Assembly (NCBI RefSeq): GCF_027594745.1
Contig: NZ_CP110854.1
Coordinates: 1,308,241 to 1,372,240, forward strand
From: Saprospira grandis
Lineage (GTDB): Bacteria; Bacteroidota; Bacteroidia; Chitinophagales; Saprospiraceae
DNA length: 64,000 nucleotides
Direction of reading: 5' to 3'
Shown here: positions 1-9,537 of the stretch, one piece after another
How the letters are laid out: each line of letters opens with the position of its first letter
Position numbering within the stretch: position 1 is the first letter of the stretch
Program-made: the position numbers and the translations under genes
Notes under the pieces: model-generated
Seen by the model: only the letters and a program-made list of their open reading frames with translations
Told to the model about the DNA's origin: nothing
Database searches by the model: none

Positions 1-50
1 TTGGGGCGTTACTCCTTACAGTTGTCGAACTGCGGCCTAAAGGCCTTGTT
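1..50 (+). repeat. Partial copy of the intergenic repeat family (module C: ...ACTCCTTACAGTTGTCGAACTGCGGCCTAAAGGCCTTGTTGT...), truncated by the window edge
   Basis: Same ~45-nt motif (TTACTCCCTTCGGTCGTCGAACTGCGGACTAAAGTCCTTGTTGTCG) recurs at 21095-21125 (rc), 36020-36060 and 41375-41420. Confidence 0.6.
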
Positions 51-61
51 GTGGCCAAAAA

Positions 62-100
62 AGAGAGCCCCCAGCTAGCTGCGCTGGCTGGGGGCTCTTG
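62..100 (-). terminator. Rho-independent terminator downstream of the PfkB kinase gene
   Basis: Perfect hairpin AGAGCCCCCAGCyAGC...GCTGGCTGGGGGCTCT followed on the minus strand by a T-run. Confidence 0.5.
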
Positions 101-116
101 TGTAATAGAGCAAAGT

Positions 117-1031
117 CTAGAGCTTCACTTCCATCAAGTTTTGGAAAGCTTTCTTACGAGCGTCCAAAGCAGCCTCATCAATTTCTTTGAGGCGGTTAGG
201 ACCAAAAGCTTCTACACAGAAAGAAGCGACTACAGAACCGTAGACCAAAGCACGCTTCATGCTCTCCAAAGAGTGGTCATCTTCCTGAGCCAAATAGCCC
301 ATAAAGCCACCGGCAAAGCTATCGCCAGCTCCAGTAGGATCAAATACTTCTTCCAAAGGCAAAGCAGGAACAAAGAAAGTAGATTCGCCATGGAACAACA
401 AAGCGCCATGCTCTCCCTTCTTAATCACCAAATATTTGGGGCCCATCTCACGGATTACACGAGCAGCCTTTACTAGAGAGTACTCCCCAGACAACTGACG
501 AGCTTCCTCATCATTGATAATTAAAATATCTACCTGTTTCAATACCGCCTTGAGCTCCTCCATGGCAATATCCATCCAGAAGTTCATGGTATCCATAGCA
601 ACCAATTTAGGGCGCTTTTCTAGTTGCTCCAACACCTGCATTTGTACAGCAGGCGCAAAGTTACCCAACAAAAGGTATTCAGGGTTTTTATAGCCTTCGG
701 GCAATTTGGGGCTATAGTTCTCCAATACATTGAGCTCTGTGGCCAAAGTATCCCGAGCATTCATATTCATGTGATAGCGACCGGCCCAAAAGAAAGACTT
801 TTCGCCTTCGCGCTTCTCCAATCCATCCAAATTAACGCCTCTGGCTTCCAAAGCAGCCAACTCCTCTGCAGGAAAATCCTCGCCAATTACAGATAGCAAT
901 TGTAAGTCTTTGTGAAAATGAGAAGCCGCCCAAGCAATATAAGTACCAGCACCACCAATGATGCGGTCTGCCTTGCCAAAAGGAGTTTCAATGGTATCAA
1001 AGGCAACAGTGCCCAATGTCAATAAGCTCAT
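117..1031 (-). CDS. PfkB-family carbohydrate kinase (ribokinase/fructokinase-like)
   Basis: GAGD...AGG motifs of the PfkB C-terminal region (DPTGAGDSFAGGF) and a ribokinase-like N-terminus. The six-frame ORF extends to 1058 with a GTG start; ATG at 1031 is preferred. Confidence 0.8.
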   Translation of the reverse strand: MSLLTLGTVAFDTIETPFGKADRIIGGAGTYIAWAASHFHKDLQLLSVIGEDFPAEELAALEARGVNLDGLEKREGEKSFFWAGRYHMNMNARDTLATELNVLENYSPKLPEGYKNPEYLLLGNFAPAVQMQVLEQLEKRPKLVAMDTMNFWMDIAMEELKAVLKQVDILIINDEEARQLSGEYSLVKAARVIREMGPKYLVIKKGEHGALLFHGESTFFVPALPLEEVFDPTGAGDSFAGGFMGYLAQEDDHSLESMKRALVYGSVVASFCVEAFGPNRLKEIDEAALDARKKAFQNLMEVKL

Positions 1032-1156
1032 AGTAAAATTGATTTTTTTTCTGGGCACAAAAAAACAGAAAAAGGCCGAAAAAACGGCAGCCTAGCCCCC
1101 TTTTTTGTCTAGTCCAAAAGAAACTCCATTTTTTTTATGTCTTTTTTTGCAAAAAG

Positions 1157-1188
1157 TTTGGCAAAACCAAAAAGGGCTCCTATATTTG
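1157..1188 (+). promoter_or_regulatory. Bacteroidetes sigma-A-type promoter (TTTG -33, TAtaTTTG -7) driving the tRNA-Asn pair
   Basis: TTTG at 1157-1160 and TATATTTG at 1181-1188, spaced about 20 bp apart, about 40 nt upstream of the first tRNA. Confidence 0.45.
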
Positions 1189-1228
1189 CATACGCAAAGA
1201 GGGAACAGCCCTCTAAAAGCAAACATAC

Positions 1229-1302
1229 GCTTCCATAGCTCAGTTGGTTAGAGCATCTGACTGTTAATCAGAGGGTCCCTGGTTCGAGCCCAGGTGGGAG
1301 CG
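1229..1302 (+). tRNA. tRNA-Asn (anticodon GTT)
   Basis: Cloverleaf folded by hand: 7-bp acceptor stem (GCTTCCA/TGGGAGC with one G-T wobble), D-arm GCTC/GAGC, anticodon stem TCTGA/TCAGA with loop CTGTTAA, T-arm GGTTCGAGCCC. CCA is not encoded. Confidence 0.85.
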
Positions 1303-1327
1303 CTACTCATACACAACAATATATTTT

Positions 1328-1401
1328 GCTTCCATAGCTCAGTTGGTTAGAGCATCTGACTGTTAATCAGAGGGTCCCTGGTTCGAGCCCAGGTGGGAGC
1401 G
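1328..1401 (+). tRNA. tRNA-Asn (anticodon GTT), identical second copy
   Basis: 74/74 nt identical to the first copy, 25 bp downstream. Confidence 0.85.
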
Positions 1402-1402
1402 C

Positions 1403-1439
1403 AAAAGCCCGACTTCATTTGAAGTTGGGCTTTTTTTTA
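1403..1439. terminator. Bidirectional rho-independent terminator after the tRNA pair
   Basis: AAGCCCGACTTC-ATTT-GAAGTTGGGCTT hairpin followed by an 8-T run; it overlaps the stop of the convergent minus-strand gene. Confidence 0.65.
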
Positions 1440-2285
1440 TTCCTGCAAGCGCTTTAAGGCCTTAGGCCGCAAGCGCCACAGCTTGGCCCCCGATAAAATT
1501 GAGCGCTCTGTGGTTAAATACAGCTGCGCATCTGGTCCAAAACAAAGGGCCTCTTGCTGCCGCAAAGGCAGGCGTATGCGCTGCTCTAATGGACCAAAAC
1601 GGCCCCGCTCAAAAGAAAAGCGGTACAAATGCCGCATACTTAATAAATAAAGGCTTTGCTCTTCTTCTCGATAAGCCGCGGCCGTAACCGATTGCCATAA
1701 CCCTCCCTTTTTTAGCTGTACGCTATCGCAGAGGCGGGCCGCCTGCGGCCCCGCCTCTTTGCCCAAGGCATAGAGATAATGCCAGCCATCATGCGGACGA
1801 TGGCGGTTTTTGGTCACTATATATAAGCTGTCGCCTTGGGTAAAAAGGGCCTCGGCATCAAAGTGGCGCTGCCAAGAGGCGGCGGGAAAAGCAATTTGCT
1901 CTGGATAATAAAAGCTAATTTTTTGAGGCTGAATTTCCTTTTGGTCCAAAGCCGATTTTGGAAAAAAATAGATGCAAAGATCTTGGCGCTGATTTAAATT
2001 ATTGCCCATATCGGCCAAGTAAATAAATGCGCTATCAGTAGCAAGCGCCTCCCAATCTACATTGGGCGCTAAAATGTTGATGCTGCGCTGCAAACGCCCT
2101 TTTTGGTCCAATTCATAGAGCAAAGGAGAGTTTCCACCATCATTATGGGTATAAAAACTGCCGCTGCTGTCGATCCAAAGACCAGAACTTTCCGAAATAG
2201 GCAGGCGGCCCAAAGAACTCAAGCGACAAGCCGACAAACTTAGGCAAAGGAGCAAAATGCCAATACAACTTTTCATGGGCAGCAA
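1437..2285 (-). CDS. Hypothetical lipoprotein, secreted
   Basis: N-terminal signal peptide with a lipobox (LLLCLSLSAC); no recognizable catalytic motif. Confidence 0.5.
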   Translation of the reverse strand: MLPMKSCIGILLLCLSLSACRLSSLGRLPISESSGLWIDSSGSFYTHNDGGNSPLLYELDQKGRLQRSINILAPNVDWEALATDSAFIYLADMGNNLNQRQDLCIYFFPKSALDQKEIQPQKISFYYPEQIAFPAASWQRHFDAEALFTQGDSLYIVTKNRHRPHDGWHYLYALGKEAGPQAARLCDSVQLKKGGLWQSVTAAAYREEEQSLYLLSMRHLYRFSFERGRFGPLEQRIRLPLRQQEALCFGPDAQLYLTTERSILSGAKLWRLRPKALKRLQE

Positions 2286-2291
2286 TTTTTG

Positions 2292-2437
2292 CGGTGGACA
2301 GGCGGCGAAGCCGCCGCAGGCCTAGCGATGTGGAGCAGTGGCCGTTAGGCCAGACCGAAGCCCAAAGGGCTGAAGGGCCGAGCGAATAGCGAGCTGCGAA
2401 ACGTAGCGCCTGCCGAAGGCAGGAGGCCCCAAATAAA
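2292..2437 (-). repeat. Intergenic GC-rich hairpin repeat, module A, reverse orientation
   Basis: rc of ...CTCGCAGcTcGCTaTTCGCTCGGCCCT...GGTCTGGCC...CATCGCTAGGCC plus the terminal GGCGGCGAAGCCGCC hairpin; ends GGAGGCCCCAAA. Confidence 0.8.
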
Positions 2438-2471
2438 AAGGCATCTAGCCTAAGCCAAATGCCTTTATCTC

Positions 2472-3614
2472 TTAATCGACAATCATGGTATTTTTATCCA
2501 ATTCTTGTTGACGAATATTTTCGGGTAGTTCTAAATACTCATATTCCTGATTGCGCAATTGCGGACGGAAACCCGCCTCGCGGATGGCGTCTTGAATCCC
2601 TTGGGCCGTAAATCGGAAGGCAGCACCAGCGGCAGAAACCACATTTTCCTCAATCATGATGCTTCCAAAATCGTTGGCGCCAGCATGTAGGCAAGCCTGG
2701 GCCACCTGTTTGCCAACGGTCAGCCAAGAGGCCTGAATATTGGTCACATTGGGCAACATAATGCGGCTGAGGGCAATCATGCGGATATATTCATCGCCGC
2801 TCACATCTCGGCGTTTGATTTTCAGGCGAGACAAAATGGTGTCTTCATCCATAAATGGCCAAGGAATAAAGGCCAAAAAGCCCTTGGCATCCTTGGGTTT
2901 TTCGTTTTGCACCTCTCTCAACCAAACCAAATGCTCCATGCGCTCATAATTGGTCTCGATATGGCCAAACATCATGGTGGCGCTGGTCGTCAGATGCAAT
3001 TGATGCGCAGCCCGCATCACATCTAGCCACTCTTGGCCCCCGCATTTTCCGCGAGAAATACGGCGACGCACCCGATCATTGAGAATTTCGGCACCCGCCC
3101 CAGGCAAAGAATCTAGGCCCGCTTCTTTGAGGCGGCTGAGCACTTCTGTATGCGAAAGCTGATCAATTTTGGCGATATGCGCGATTTCGGGTGGGCCCAA
3201 AGCATGCAATTTGAGCGTAGGATAAAGCGATTTGAGCTCCTTAAACAGATCACAATAGTAATCAATGCCCAAATCGGGATGGTGTCCACCTTGCAAAAGC
3301 AACTGCTGGCCGCCATACTCCATCAACTCATCAATTTTGCGCTTGTAAGTGTCTATAGAGGTAATATATGACTCCTCATGGCCAGGGCGGCGGAAGAAAT
3401 TACAGAACTTACAGTTGGCAATACAGACGTTGGTGGTGTTCGAGTTGCGGTCGATAATCCAAGTCACCACATCATTAGGGACATGATGTTGGCGCAGGCG
3501 GTTGCCCACATACATCAACTCGGCGGTGCTTGCCTCTTCGAGCAAAAAAACACCCTCCTCAATACTGAGCTCTTCTAGTTGCAGGGCTCTATGCAATAAA
3601 TCGCTTACATTCAT
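2472..3614 (-). CDS. Radical-SAM enzyme of the futalosine menaquinone pathway (MqnC/MqnE family)
   Basis: CIANCKFCNF (CxxxCxxC) radical-SAM cluster motif, GGQQLLLQGGHHPDLGIDYY, and a size of about 380 aa typical of MqnC/MqnE/CofH-like enzymes. Confidence 0.65.
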   Translation of the reverse strand: MNVSDLLHRALQLEELSIEEGVFLLEEASTAELMYVGNRLRQHHVPNDVVTWIIDRNSNTTNVCIANCKFCNFFRRPGHEESYITSIDTYKRKIDELMEYGGQQLLLQGGHHPDLGIDYYCDLFKELKSLYPTLKLHALGPPEIAHIAKIDQLSHTEVLSRLKEAGLDSLPGAGAEILNDRVRRRISRGKCGGQEWLDVMRAAHQLHLTTSATMMFGHIETNYERMEHLVWLREVQNEKPKDAKGFLAFIPWPFMDEDTILSRLKIKRRDVSGDEYIRMIALSRIMLPNVTNIQASWLTVGKQVAQACLHAGANDFGSIMIEENVVSAAGAAFRFTAQGIQDAIREAGFRPQLRNQEYEYLELPENIRQQELDKNTMIVD

Positions 3615-3711
3615 AGCTTTTTGTTTCCAGATTCTCTCTTTTAACAGCCCTTTGGGCCTATGGTTGCCTCAAAGATACAACTTTTTTCATCTGTTATTGA
3701 AAGTAGGCATA

Positions 3712-3875
3712 TTTTGGGGCTTCCCCTGCGGCCTTCGGCCTTGGGTCGGGCTGTGTCGCAGCTCGCAGGCTTGCTCGGCCCTGCAGCGCTTCGCGCTTTG
3801 GTCTGGCCCTTCGGGCCACTGCTATCCATCCCTAAGCCAAGTCGCTTCGCTCCTTTCTACTGCTTGGAGCAGAGG
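3712..3875 (+). repeat. Intergenic repeat module A, forward
   Basis: TTTTGGGGCTTCCCCTGCGGCCTTCGGCC...CTCGCAGGCTTGCTCGGCCCTGC...GGTCTGGCCCTTCGGGCCACTGCTATCCATCCCTAAGCC. Confidence 0.85.
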
Positions 3876-4062
3876 GCTAGGCACAAAAAAATGAGCAGCT
3901 ACTTTCCCCAAAGTAGCTGCTCTGTAATCCCCATGATTTACCCCAAACTTAATTGAAGTTAGAGCAAGTATTTCCTTTTGCTCTATTGCAAATTTAAGGG
4001 AGAGAGTAATTAGTTTTCTAGGCCATTTAGGCAAAACTAAAAATTAGGTATTTCACTTAGAC

Positions 4063-7000
4063 TTAATTTTGCTCTAGTTTTTGGAGATAAGCGACCACCT
4101 CCATGGCCATATTGTCTAGTTCGGGCTGCTGGGCCTCTACAGCATTGCGCTCTTCTAGCCAAGCAAAGTATTTCTCCTCAAAAGCCTTCATCTCGTTAAT
4201 GTCCAAATAATAGAAGTTGATATTGATATGCGCCGGAGCATTGATGCTAAAGACCGCATGCATAAGATCCTGGAAATCTTCATTTTGGAAACGAGAGGGC
4301 CAAGAGGGCAAAATGATACTCATATCCAGAGAGTAGAAGTCATGGCGAACGTCTAGATTGGGGCGTTCCTCCAAAAAGAACTGAATATTGCTTTGCAAAG
4401 GAATAGCTCCTGATTTAAAGCTATAGACATAGGCCACAATATCGTCAATTTGTTCTTTGGCTCCTTCTCGAGTATAAAAGATTTCTGGACAGCGGGCAAT
4501 CTTACGATCATACTCCTGCAACACCACTTGATAGCTTTCGCCATCCTCTAGGGTTTCAATAATGAAGTTGTCCTTTTTGCTGGCCAATAAATCTAGTTGG
4601 TTACTGAGGTTGCGTTGCTCTTCAAAAGCACCAAACTCATAGCTTTCTAGCAAAGGACGATCTTGGTCATTAACTAGACGGAAAGCGTGGCGATCTTGGG
4701 CCTGCGGACGAAGCAAAATATGCTCTACCACATGCATTCCCTCCGTTTGGTGGTTAATGCGGGCAAAAAACTTAATCAGCTTTTCCAACTCTACCTGAGC
4801 AGCCAAAATACTGCTATATTCTCTAATCTTCACGCAACCCAAATCGGGATTCCCCTTATAGTAAACACTATAGATTTCCTCCCCATCACGCTCTTCCAAA
4901 AGGGCCAAATAGTTATAGCTAAATATACCATTGGCCAAAAGGTCTTGCATGAGCTCGTCCAAATCCTGCCCTCTAAAGATAAACTTAGAACGGTAGTCTA
5001 GGGTTTCTGGCAAACGCTCAGGAGCGGGACCAGGATCTTCTCCCTTCTCAATTTTCTCCAAACGCTCTAGCTCTGCATCTAAATCTATGTAACCCTCAGG
5101 CAACATAGGCGACTCTAGCTGAATGAGGTCGTGAAAATTATCCACTCCTTCTATATGCGCATCTTCATTAAAGATGCGGACCAAAGATTCATTACCTCCC
5201 TGATTGAGATTAAGCAACAAACAAACCCGACGTTCTAGACCTGCCACCTCCGTTTCTAAAAGCTCCAACATCTTTTTGGTAAACTTGATGTTGGTTTCGG
5301 CAATGGCTTCAGTCAAGGTTTCGGGCAAATCCAGGTCCTTCAGCATTTTTTTCGTCTGCTCCTTGGCCACATCCTCCGGATCACGGTAATTGAGGGCCAT
5401 AGAAAAGGCATCTCTCTGATGCTGACGAAGGCTGTAATTCTCCCGCAATTGCTTGTACTGCTGGCGAATCAAATCTCTTTCTACCTCTTCTTTATATTGC
5501 TTAATGAGCGGCTCAAATAGCTCGGCCCACTCTAGCTCTTGCTCATAAATGACATTATAAAGGGCCATGTAGTTGAATCCACGGCTACGGTTTCGACTAA
5601 TGTCGACATAGTTGCGCAAAAACTCCAATTTGGCATTGACTAGCTCATGCTCTGGGCTCTTGGCCTCCCCTTCCGACATATCATAGCCCACATACTGGCT
5701 TACTTTCAATAAAAAGTCGGTGGTAAAACGCTCGCCAAAACGAGCCAGTAAATGGTCCAGTAAACGGTTGCGGCGCTCCACAAAAGGGTCAAATTCCTCT
5801 ACCGTTTCTTCTAGCTTTTTCAAGCGAGCCTCATTGTCCTTGCCCTTCAAGATGTATTGCATCTCGGGCATGTTCTCTGGCAACTGAGAGAAATAACTAC
5901 GGTCCAAATCGCTATCCAATGAAAAGAATTTCTTCACATTGCCCAATTGGGCCAAGTAGTTGGCCATCAGCTGCTCAAAAAAGGATAAATACCCTCTGAG
6001 CTGCTTAATCATGCCCAAACGCTCCCGTGTAGGACGCACACTATTGGGCAAACCAAATGGACTCAAACCATAGGTGGCCGGAAAAGTATTTTGTACCGAG
6101 TAGTAACGCTTAATATCATCTTCCTTCAATACCGAGGGATAATCCTTCTCATTATAGAGCATCTTCATCTGATAGCCCTTCTTATACCGAGCATAAAGCG
6201 AGTACAACAACTGACTAGCCGTGTTGAGGTCCAAATCATAGTTCAAACTCCCCCGCTGAAAACGGATCGGATAAGCATCGGTTTTCCAACGCGCATCAAT
6301 AGTGTCCATATCCAAAACAGGATAGGTCTTTTCCGCAATCCGAATCACATCGCCCTCTACGGGAAAACCATCTTTTTCTACCCGAAAATAATTGATGCGG
6401 CGAACGCCCTCAATATCCGAGATGATTTCAATAATCTTAGAAATATAAACCTCCCGCTTCATCGCTCTGAGGTCCTCTTTCTTAATGATACCATGCACCG
6501 GCACGGGCCCATCAAAAATCTCTTCAATGGCATAGCCCTCTTCCAAAAGTTCATCAATGGTATGGTACTGAATAGAAGGCGTGAGATGCTCCTCCAACTT
6601 GAAGAGAATTTCAGCCAATACTTCTTCTGCCACCACATCCGAACTAATGTCCAAATCGGTATAAATAATAATCTTATCTACATCCAAGACCTCAATGGCC
6701 TCCAAATCTTCACAAAGGTTGCGATGCGCAGCAAATAAAGCATACACCTCTCGCTTAATCTCTTGCAAACGCTGCGGCTGACGAGCACTATCACTCACCT
6801 GCAACAAAATTCGATACAAGCCCTTAATGCCTTGCAAATGATCCCGCACAGGCTCCACCCAAGCATTCTTCACGCCATTCACCCGATCAATAATCAAGCG
6901 GCGATAGTCCTCTATGGTTACCGGATTTGTCGGCAATATCTCCGAGGCATCATAAAAGGTGTTGTTCAAAGCCTGCCGACGGCCCTTCCCTCTAGCATTC

Positions 7001-7221
7001 AATAAATCCTGAATGCTAAAATCCGTGCGAAAGCCCAAATCGGCCAAAGCATAACAAAGCTGTTCCAAAATGGTCACCCCAGGATCATGGGTGTTGTAAT
7101 CGGTCCAAACTTTACCCGATAGTTCTTGCACCATCTGCAAGCCCTCCTCCTTCAAAAAGAAGAAGTCCATACTCTTGTGCGGCGGGGTTTCGCGGAAAAT
7201 CTGAATTGGTTTCTGCGCCAT
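4063..7221 (-). CDS. Large (about 1052 aa) acidic cytoplasmic hypothetical protein with no recognizable domain
   Basis: Long uninterrupted ORF with coding-like composition; no signal peptide, no Walker/TM motifs, E/D/L-rich with coiled-coil-like stretches. Candidate ATG start at 7221 (7233 is TTG). Confidence 0.6.
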   Translation of the reverse strand: MAQKPIQIFRETPPHKSMDFFFLKEEGLQMVQELSGKVWTDYNTHDPGVTILEQLCYALADLGFRTDFSIQDLLNARGKGRRQALNNTFYDASEILPTNPVTIEDYRRLIIDRVNGVKNAWVEPVRDHLQGIKGLYRILLQVSDSARQPQRLQEIKREVYALFAAHRNLCEDLEAIEVLDVDKIIIYTDLDISSDVVAEEVLAEILFKLEEHLTPSIQYHTIDELLEEGYAIEEIFDGPVPVHGIIKKEDLRAMKREVYISKIIEIISDIEGVRRINYFRVEKDGFPVEGDVIRIAEKTYPVLDMDTIDARWKTDAYPIRFQRGSLNYDLDLNTASQLLYSLYARYKKGYQMKMLYNEKDYPSVLKEDDIKRYYSVQNTFPATYGLSPFGLPNSVRPTRERLGMIKQLRGYLSFFEQLMANYLAQLGNVKKFFSLDSDLDRSYFSQLPENMPEMQYILKGKDNEARLKKLEETVEEFDPFVERRNRLLDHLLARFGERFTTDFLLKVSQYVGYDMSEGEAKSPEHELVNAKLEFLRNYVDISRNRSRGFNYMALYNVIYEQELEWAELFEPLIKQYKEEVERDLIRQQYKQLRENYSLRQHQRDAFSMALNYRDPEDVAKEQTKKMLKDLDLPETLTEAIAETNIKFTKKMLELLETEVAGLERRVCLLLNLNQGGNESLVRIFNEDAHIEGVDNFHDLIQLESPMLPEGYIDLDAELERLEKIEKGEDPGPAPERLPETLDYRSKFIFRGQDLDELMQDLLANGIFSYNYLALLEERDGEEIYSVYYKGNPDLGCVKIREYSSILAAQVELEKLIKFFARINHQTEGMHVVEHILLRPQAQDRHAFRLVNDQDRPLLESYEFGAFEEQRNLSNQLDLLASKKDNFIIETLEDGESYQVVLQEYDRKIARCPEIFYTREGAKEQIDDIVAYVYSFKSGAIPLQSNIQFFLEERPNLDVRHDFYSLDMSIILPSWPSRFQNEDFQDLMHAVFSINAPAHININFYYLDINEMKAFEEKYFAWLEERNAVEAQQPELDNMAMEVVAYLQKLEQN

Positions 7222-7303
7222 AGGTCTTATCAATCTAAATAGGGCTCTGCCCTTGGGGTTCTGTTCCGTTCTAAAATATCTTGCGGTAGTGTGTGCTTGT
7301 CTC

Positions 7304-7486
7304 CTATTTGTCTAGTTGCTGCGGGGGGCTCTCTGCATGCATTTGGGCATTGGCCTGCTCATGAATCTTTCCAATCAACTCATATACTTCATTAAATGGC
7401 CGCTGGCCCAAGGCCTGCAAAATCTTATTGATTTCTTGCATATCTAGCTGCAATAGCAGGGGTTTTTCTTCTTTTGTCTTGCCCAT
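7304..7486 (-). CDS. Small (about 60 aa) hypothetical protein immediately upstream of, and co-oriented with, the 1052-aa gene
   Basis: ORF 7304-7552; internal ATG (MGKTKEEK...) at 7486 preferred because an AT-rich promoter-like sequence lies upstream. Confidence 0.3.
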   Translation of the reverse strand: MGKTKEEKPLLLQLDMQEINKILQALGQRPFNEVYELIGKIHEQANAQMHAESPPQQLDK

Positions 7487-7591
7487 CAGTCTCTTTTTTT
7501 GTAAAAGCCTAGCGAATTTAAGAAAAAAAGCGCTTTGTGCCAATTTATACAAATTTGATTACAGATGTAGGGATTCTTTTCACCTTTTTAT

Positions 7592-7750
7592 TTTTTTGGG
7601 GCTGCCCCGCCTTGCAGGCGGGTCGGGCTGTCTCAGGGCTCGCAGGTCTGCTCGGCCCTTCGCAAAAAAGCTGCGCTTTTTTGCTCGGTCTGGCCCTGCG
7701 GGCCACCCTTGCCCATCCCTCAGCCATTAAAAGCTGGCTGCGCCAGCCCC
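7592..7750 (+). repeat. Intergenic repeat module A, forward
   Basis: TTTTTTTGGGGCTGCCCCGCCTTGCAGGCGGGTCGGGCTGTCTCAGGGCTCGCAGGTCTGCTCGGCCCT...GCCCATCCCTCAGCC plus a GCTGGCTGCGCCAGCC hairpin. Confidence 0.85.
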
Positions 7751-7755
7751 GCCCC

Positions 7756-7790
7756 AACAAAAAAGAGCCGCAGTTGAATACTCAACTGCG
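7756..7790 (-). terminator. Rho-independent terminator of the Fe-S oxidoreductase gene
   Basis: GAGCCGCAGTTGA-ATACTCAACTGCGGCTC hairpin with a T-run on the minus strand. Confidence 0.55.
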
Positions 7791-7814
7791 GCTCTTCGCG
7801 CTTATCCACTCCGC

Positions 7815-9182
7815 TTATTCTGCATTGTTGATCTCCATGGCCCATTTGTCCCGATCATCAGGAGAAAAGGCCCAAGGCGCTCCATTGTTTTCAATGGTGT
7901 TAAACATACCGTTCCACTCTTCCGGAGAATCAGATTGCTCCAAAATGAGGTTGCGACGTAGCTCTACAATAATATCTAAGGGGTTAATCAAAACCGGACA
8001 AGCTTCTACACAAGCATTACATGAGGTACATGCCCGCAGCTCTTCTGTACTGATGTAGTCAAAAAGCGTTTTGCCATCATCGTAGTTCTCTGCCGTCAAT
8101 TTAGAGGTTTCCGATTTCTGCTCCTCATTGATGAACTCGGTCTTGTTGAGGTCCAAATTATGCCCTACCTCATCTGCACGATCCCGAACATCCATCATGA
8201 TTTTACGAGGCGATAATTTCTTGCCCGTCAAGTTGGCCGGACACATAGAAGTGCATCGACCACATTCCGTACAAGTATATGCACTCATAATTTGCTGACG
8301 CTTGAGGTCAAAGACATCACTTACCCCAAATTTGGGAATCTCCTCCGATACTGGCGCATCAAAGGCAGCATTGGGGTCCATCATAGAAGCTACTTCTTCC
8401 TGAACCTCTTTCATGTTGGCCATCTCCCCCTTTTTGTTCAATCTGGCCCAAAAGGTATTGGGAAAGGCAAAGATGATGTGCAAATGCTTAGAATAAGGTA
8501 GGTAACCCAAAAAGACAAAGACCATCAAGATGTGGCCCCACCAACCAATGCGCTCCAAAATATGTAGGGTCTCATTGCTTACGCCCTCCCAAAGCGGAGA
8601 AATTAAGCTGCTGACCAAAAAGCCATATTCGTTATGATGAATGGCCATGTCTGTACTGTTCATCAAAAAGATGCAGAACACCAAGATGATCTCGGCAAAG
8701 AGAATGAGGTTTGCATCCAATTTGGGCCAACCATTCATCTCCGACTTAACAAAACGAGGCAGCTTGAGCAAGTTACGTCTAGATAAAAAGGCAAAGGTAG
8801 CCACCAAAGCTAATACCGACAATACCTCAATGAAGCTCACCAGAAAAGTATAGAAGCCGCGAAGGAAGTCGCTGCCTTCCCACCAAGACCAAAATAGACG
8901 GTGCTGCCCCGTCAAGCCATCAATGACAATCTCAATGAGCTCGATTTGCGTAACTAAGAAGGCTACATATACACAAAGGTGTAAGAAGGCCGCCAAGGGC
9001 CGCTTAAACATTTTTTGCTGGCCCAAAGCTACCATAATGGTATTGCGCCAACGCTCCGGACTAGGCTTGGCTTCCTCATCTACTTTACCCAGCTGTATGT
9101 TGCGAATCACAAAGCTGTATTTTTTGTAGGAAAAGGCCGCCGTCCCTAGCAATACTAAGGCAAAAAGGATAGGTCCTATCAT
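7815..9182 (-). CDS. Membrane-anchored (Fe-S)-binding oxidoreductase (two CxxCxxCxxxCP 4Fe-4S motifs; GlpC/HdrD-like)
   Basis: CTECGRCTSMCP and CTSCNACVEACP ferredoxin-type motifs; N-terminal TM helices. Confidence 0.65.
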   Translation of the reverse strand: MIGPILFALVLLGTAAFSYKKYSFVIRNIQLGKVDEEAKPSPERWRNTIMVALGQQKMFKRPLAAFLHLCVYVAFLVTQIELIEIVIDGLTGQHRLFWSWWEGSDFLRGFYTFLVSFIEVLSVLALVATFAFLSRRNLLKLPRFVKSEMNGWPKLDANLILFAEIILVFCIFLMNSTDMAIHHNEYGFLVSSLISPLWEGVSNETLHILERIGWWGHILMVFVFLGYLPYSKHLHIIFAFPNTFWARLNKKGEMANMKEVQEEVASMMDPNAAFDAPVSEEIPKFGVSDVFDLKRQQIMSAYTCTECGRCTSMCPANLTGKKLSPRKIMMDVRDRADEVGHNLDLNKTEFINEEQKSETSKLTAENYDDGKTLFDYISTEELRACTSCNACVEACPVLINPLDIIVELRRNLILEQSDSPEEWNGMFNTIENNGAPWAFSPDDRDKWAMEINNAE

Positions 9183-9397
9183 GTTAAACTATTATTTTAA
9201 TTGATTAATGGTGTCAGTGATTTATAGACAATAACTAAAGTCAAATCTTGACTCTAGGCAGTCTAGTCCAAAGACAAAATTAAATTTTTTATGCTAATTT
9301 TATAATTCCCCTCTCAGAACTTTCTTCCGATTTGCTTATTTCTCCCCTGCCATTTGGGCCAAAAGCGCCCTTTTCCCCTCTCTTTTGGCCCAGCAGT

Positions 9398-9537
9398 ATT
9401 GGCCCAGCGCTGCGAAGGGGGGGCCGCAAGGCCAGACCCAGGCGCTGAAAGCGCCGCAGGGCCGAGCAGACCTGCGAGCCCCGCAGCATAGCGGCGGCCG
9501 ACCTAGGCGAAGCCTAGCCGGCCGCGGGCCCCAAAAT
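9398..9537 (-). repeat. Intergenic repeat module A, reverse, truncated
   Basis: ...GCCGCAGGGCCGAGCAGACCTGCGAGCCCCGCAG...GGGCCCCAAAATC. Confidence 0.8.

Noticed and set aside
117-1058. PfkB kinase start at 1058
   Set aside because: Codon at 1056-1058 is GTG. An ATG 27 nt downstream (1031) gives a conventional MSLLTLG N-terminus. It is kept as a note rather than a separate feature; the start is uncertain.
6091-6738. Antisense ORFs inside large genes (e.g. 6091-6738 and 6763-7005 inside the 1052-aa gene; 33020-35929 set inside the TPR gene; 44585-45680 inside the adhesin gene; 49144-50322 inside the OmpA gene)
   Set aside because: They are wholly embedded in longer, motif-bearing ORFs on the opposite strand and show biased low-complexity composition. 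These are typical shadow ORFs.
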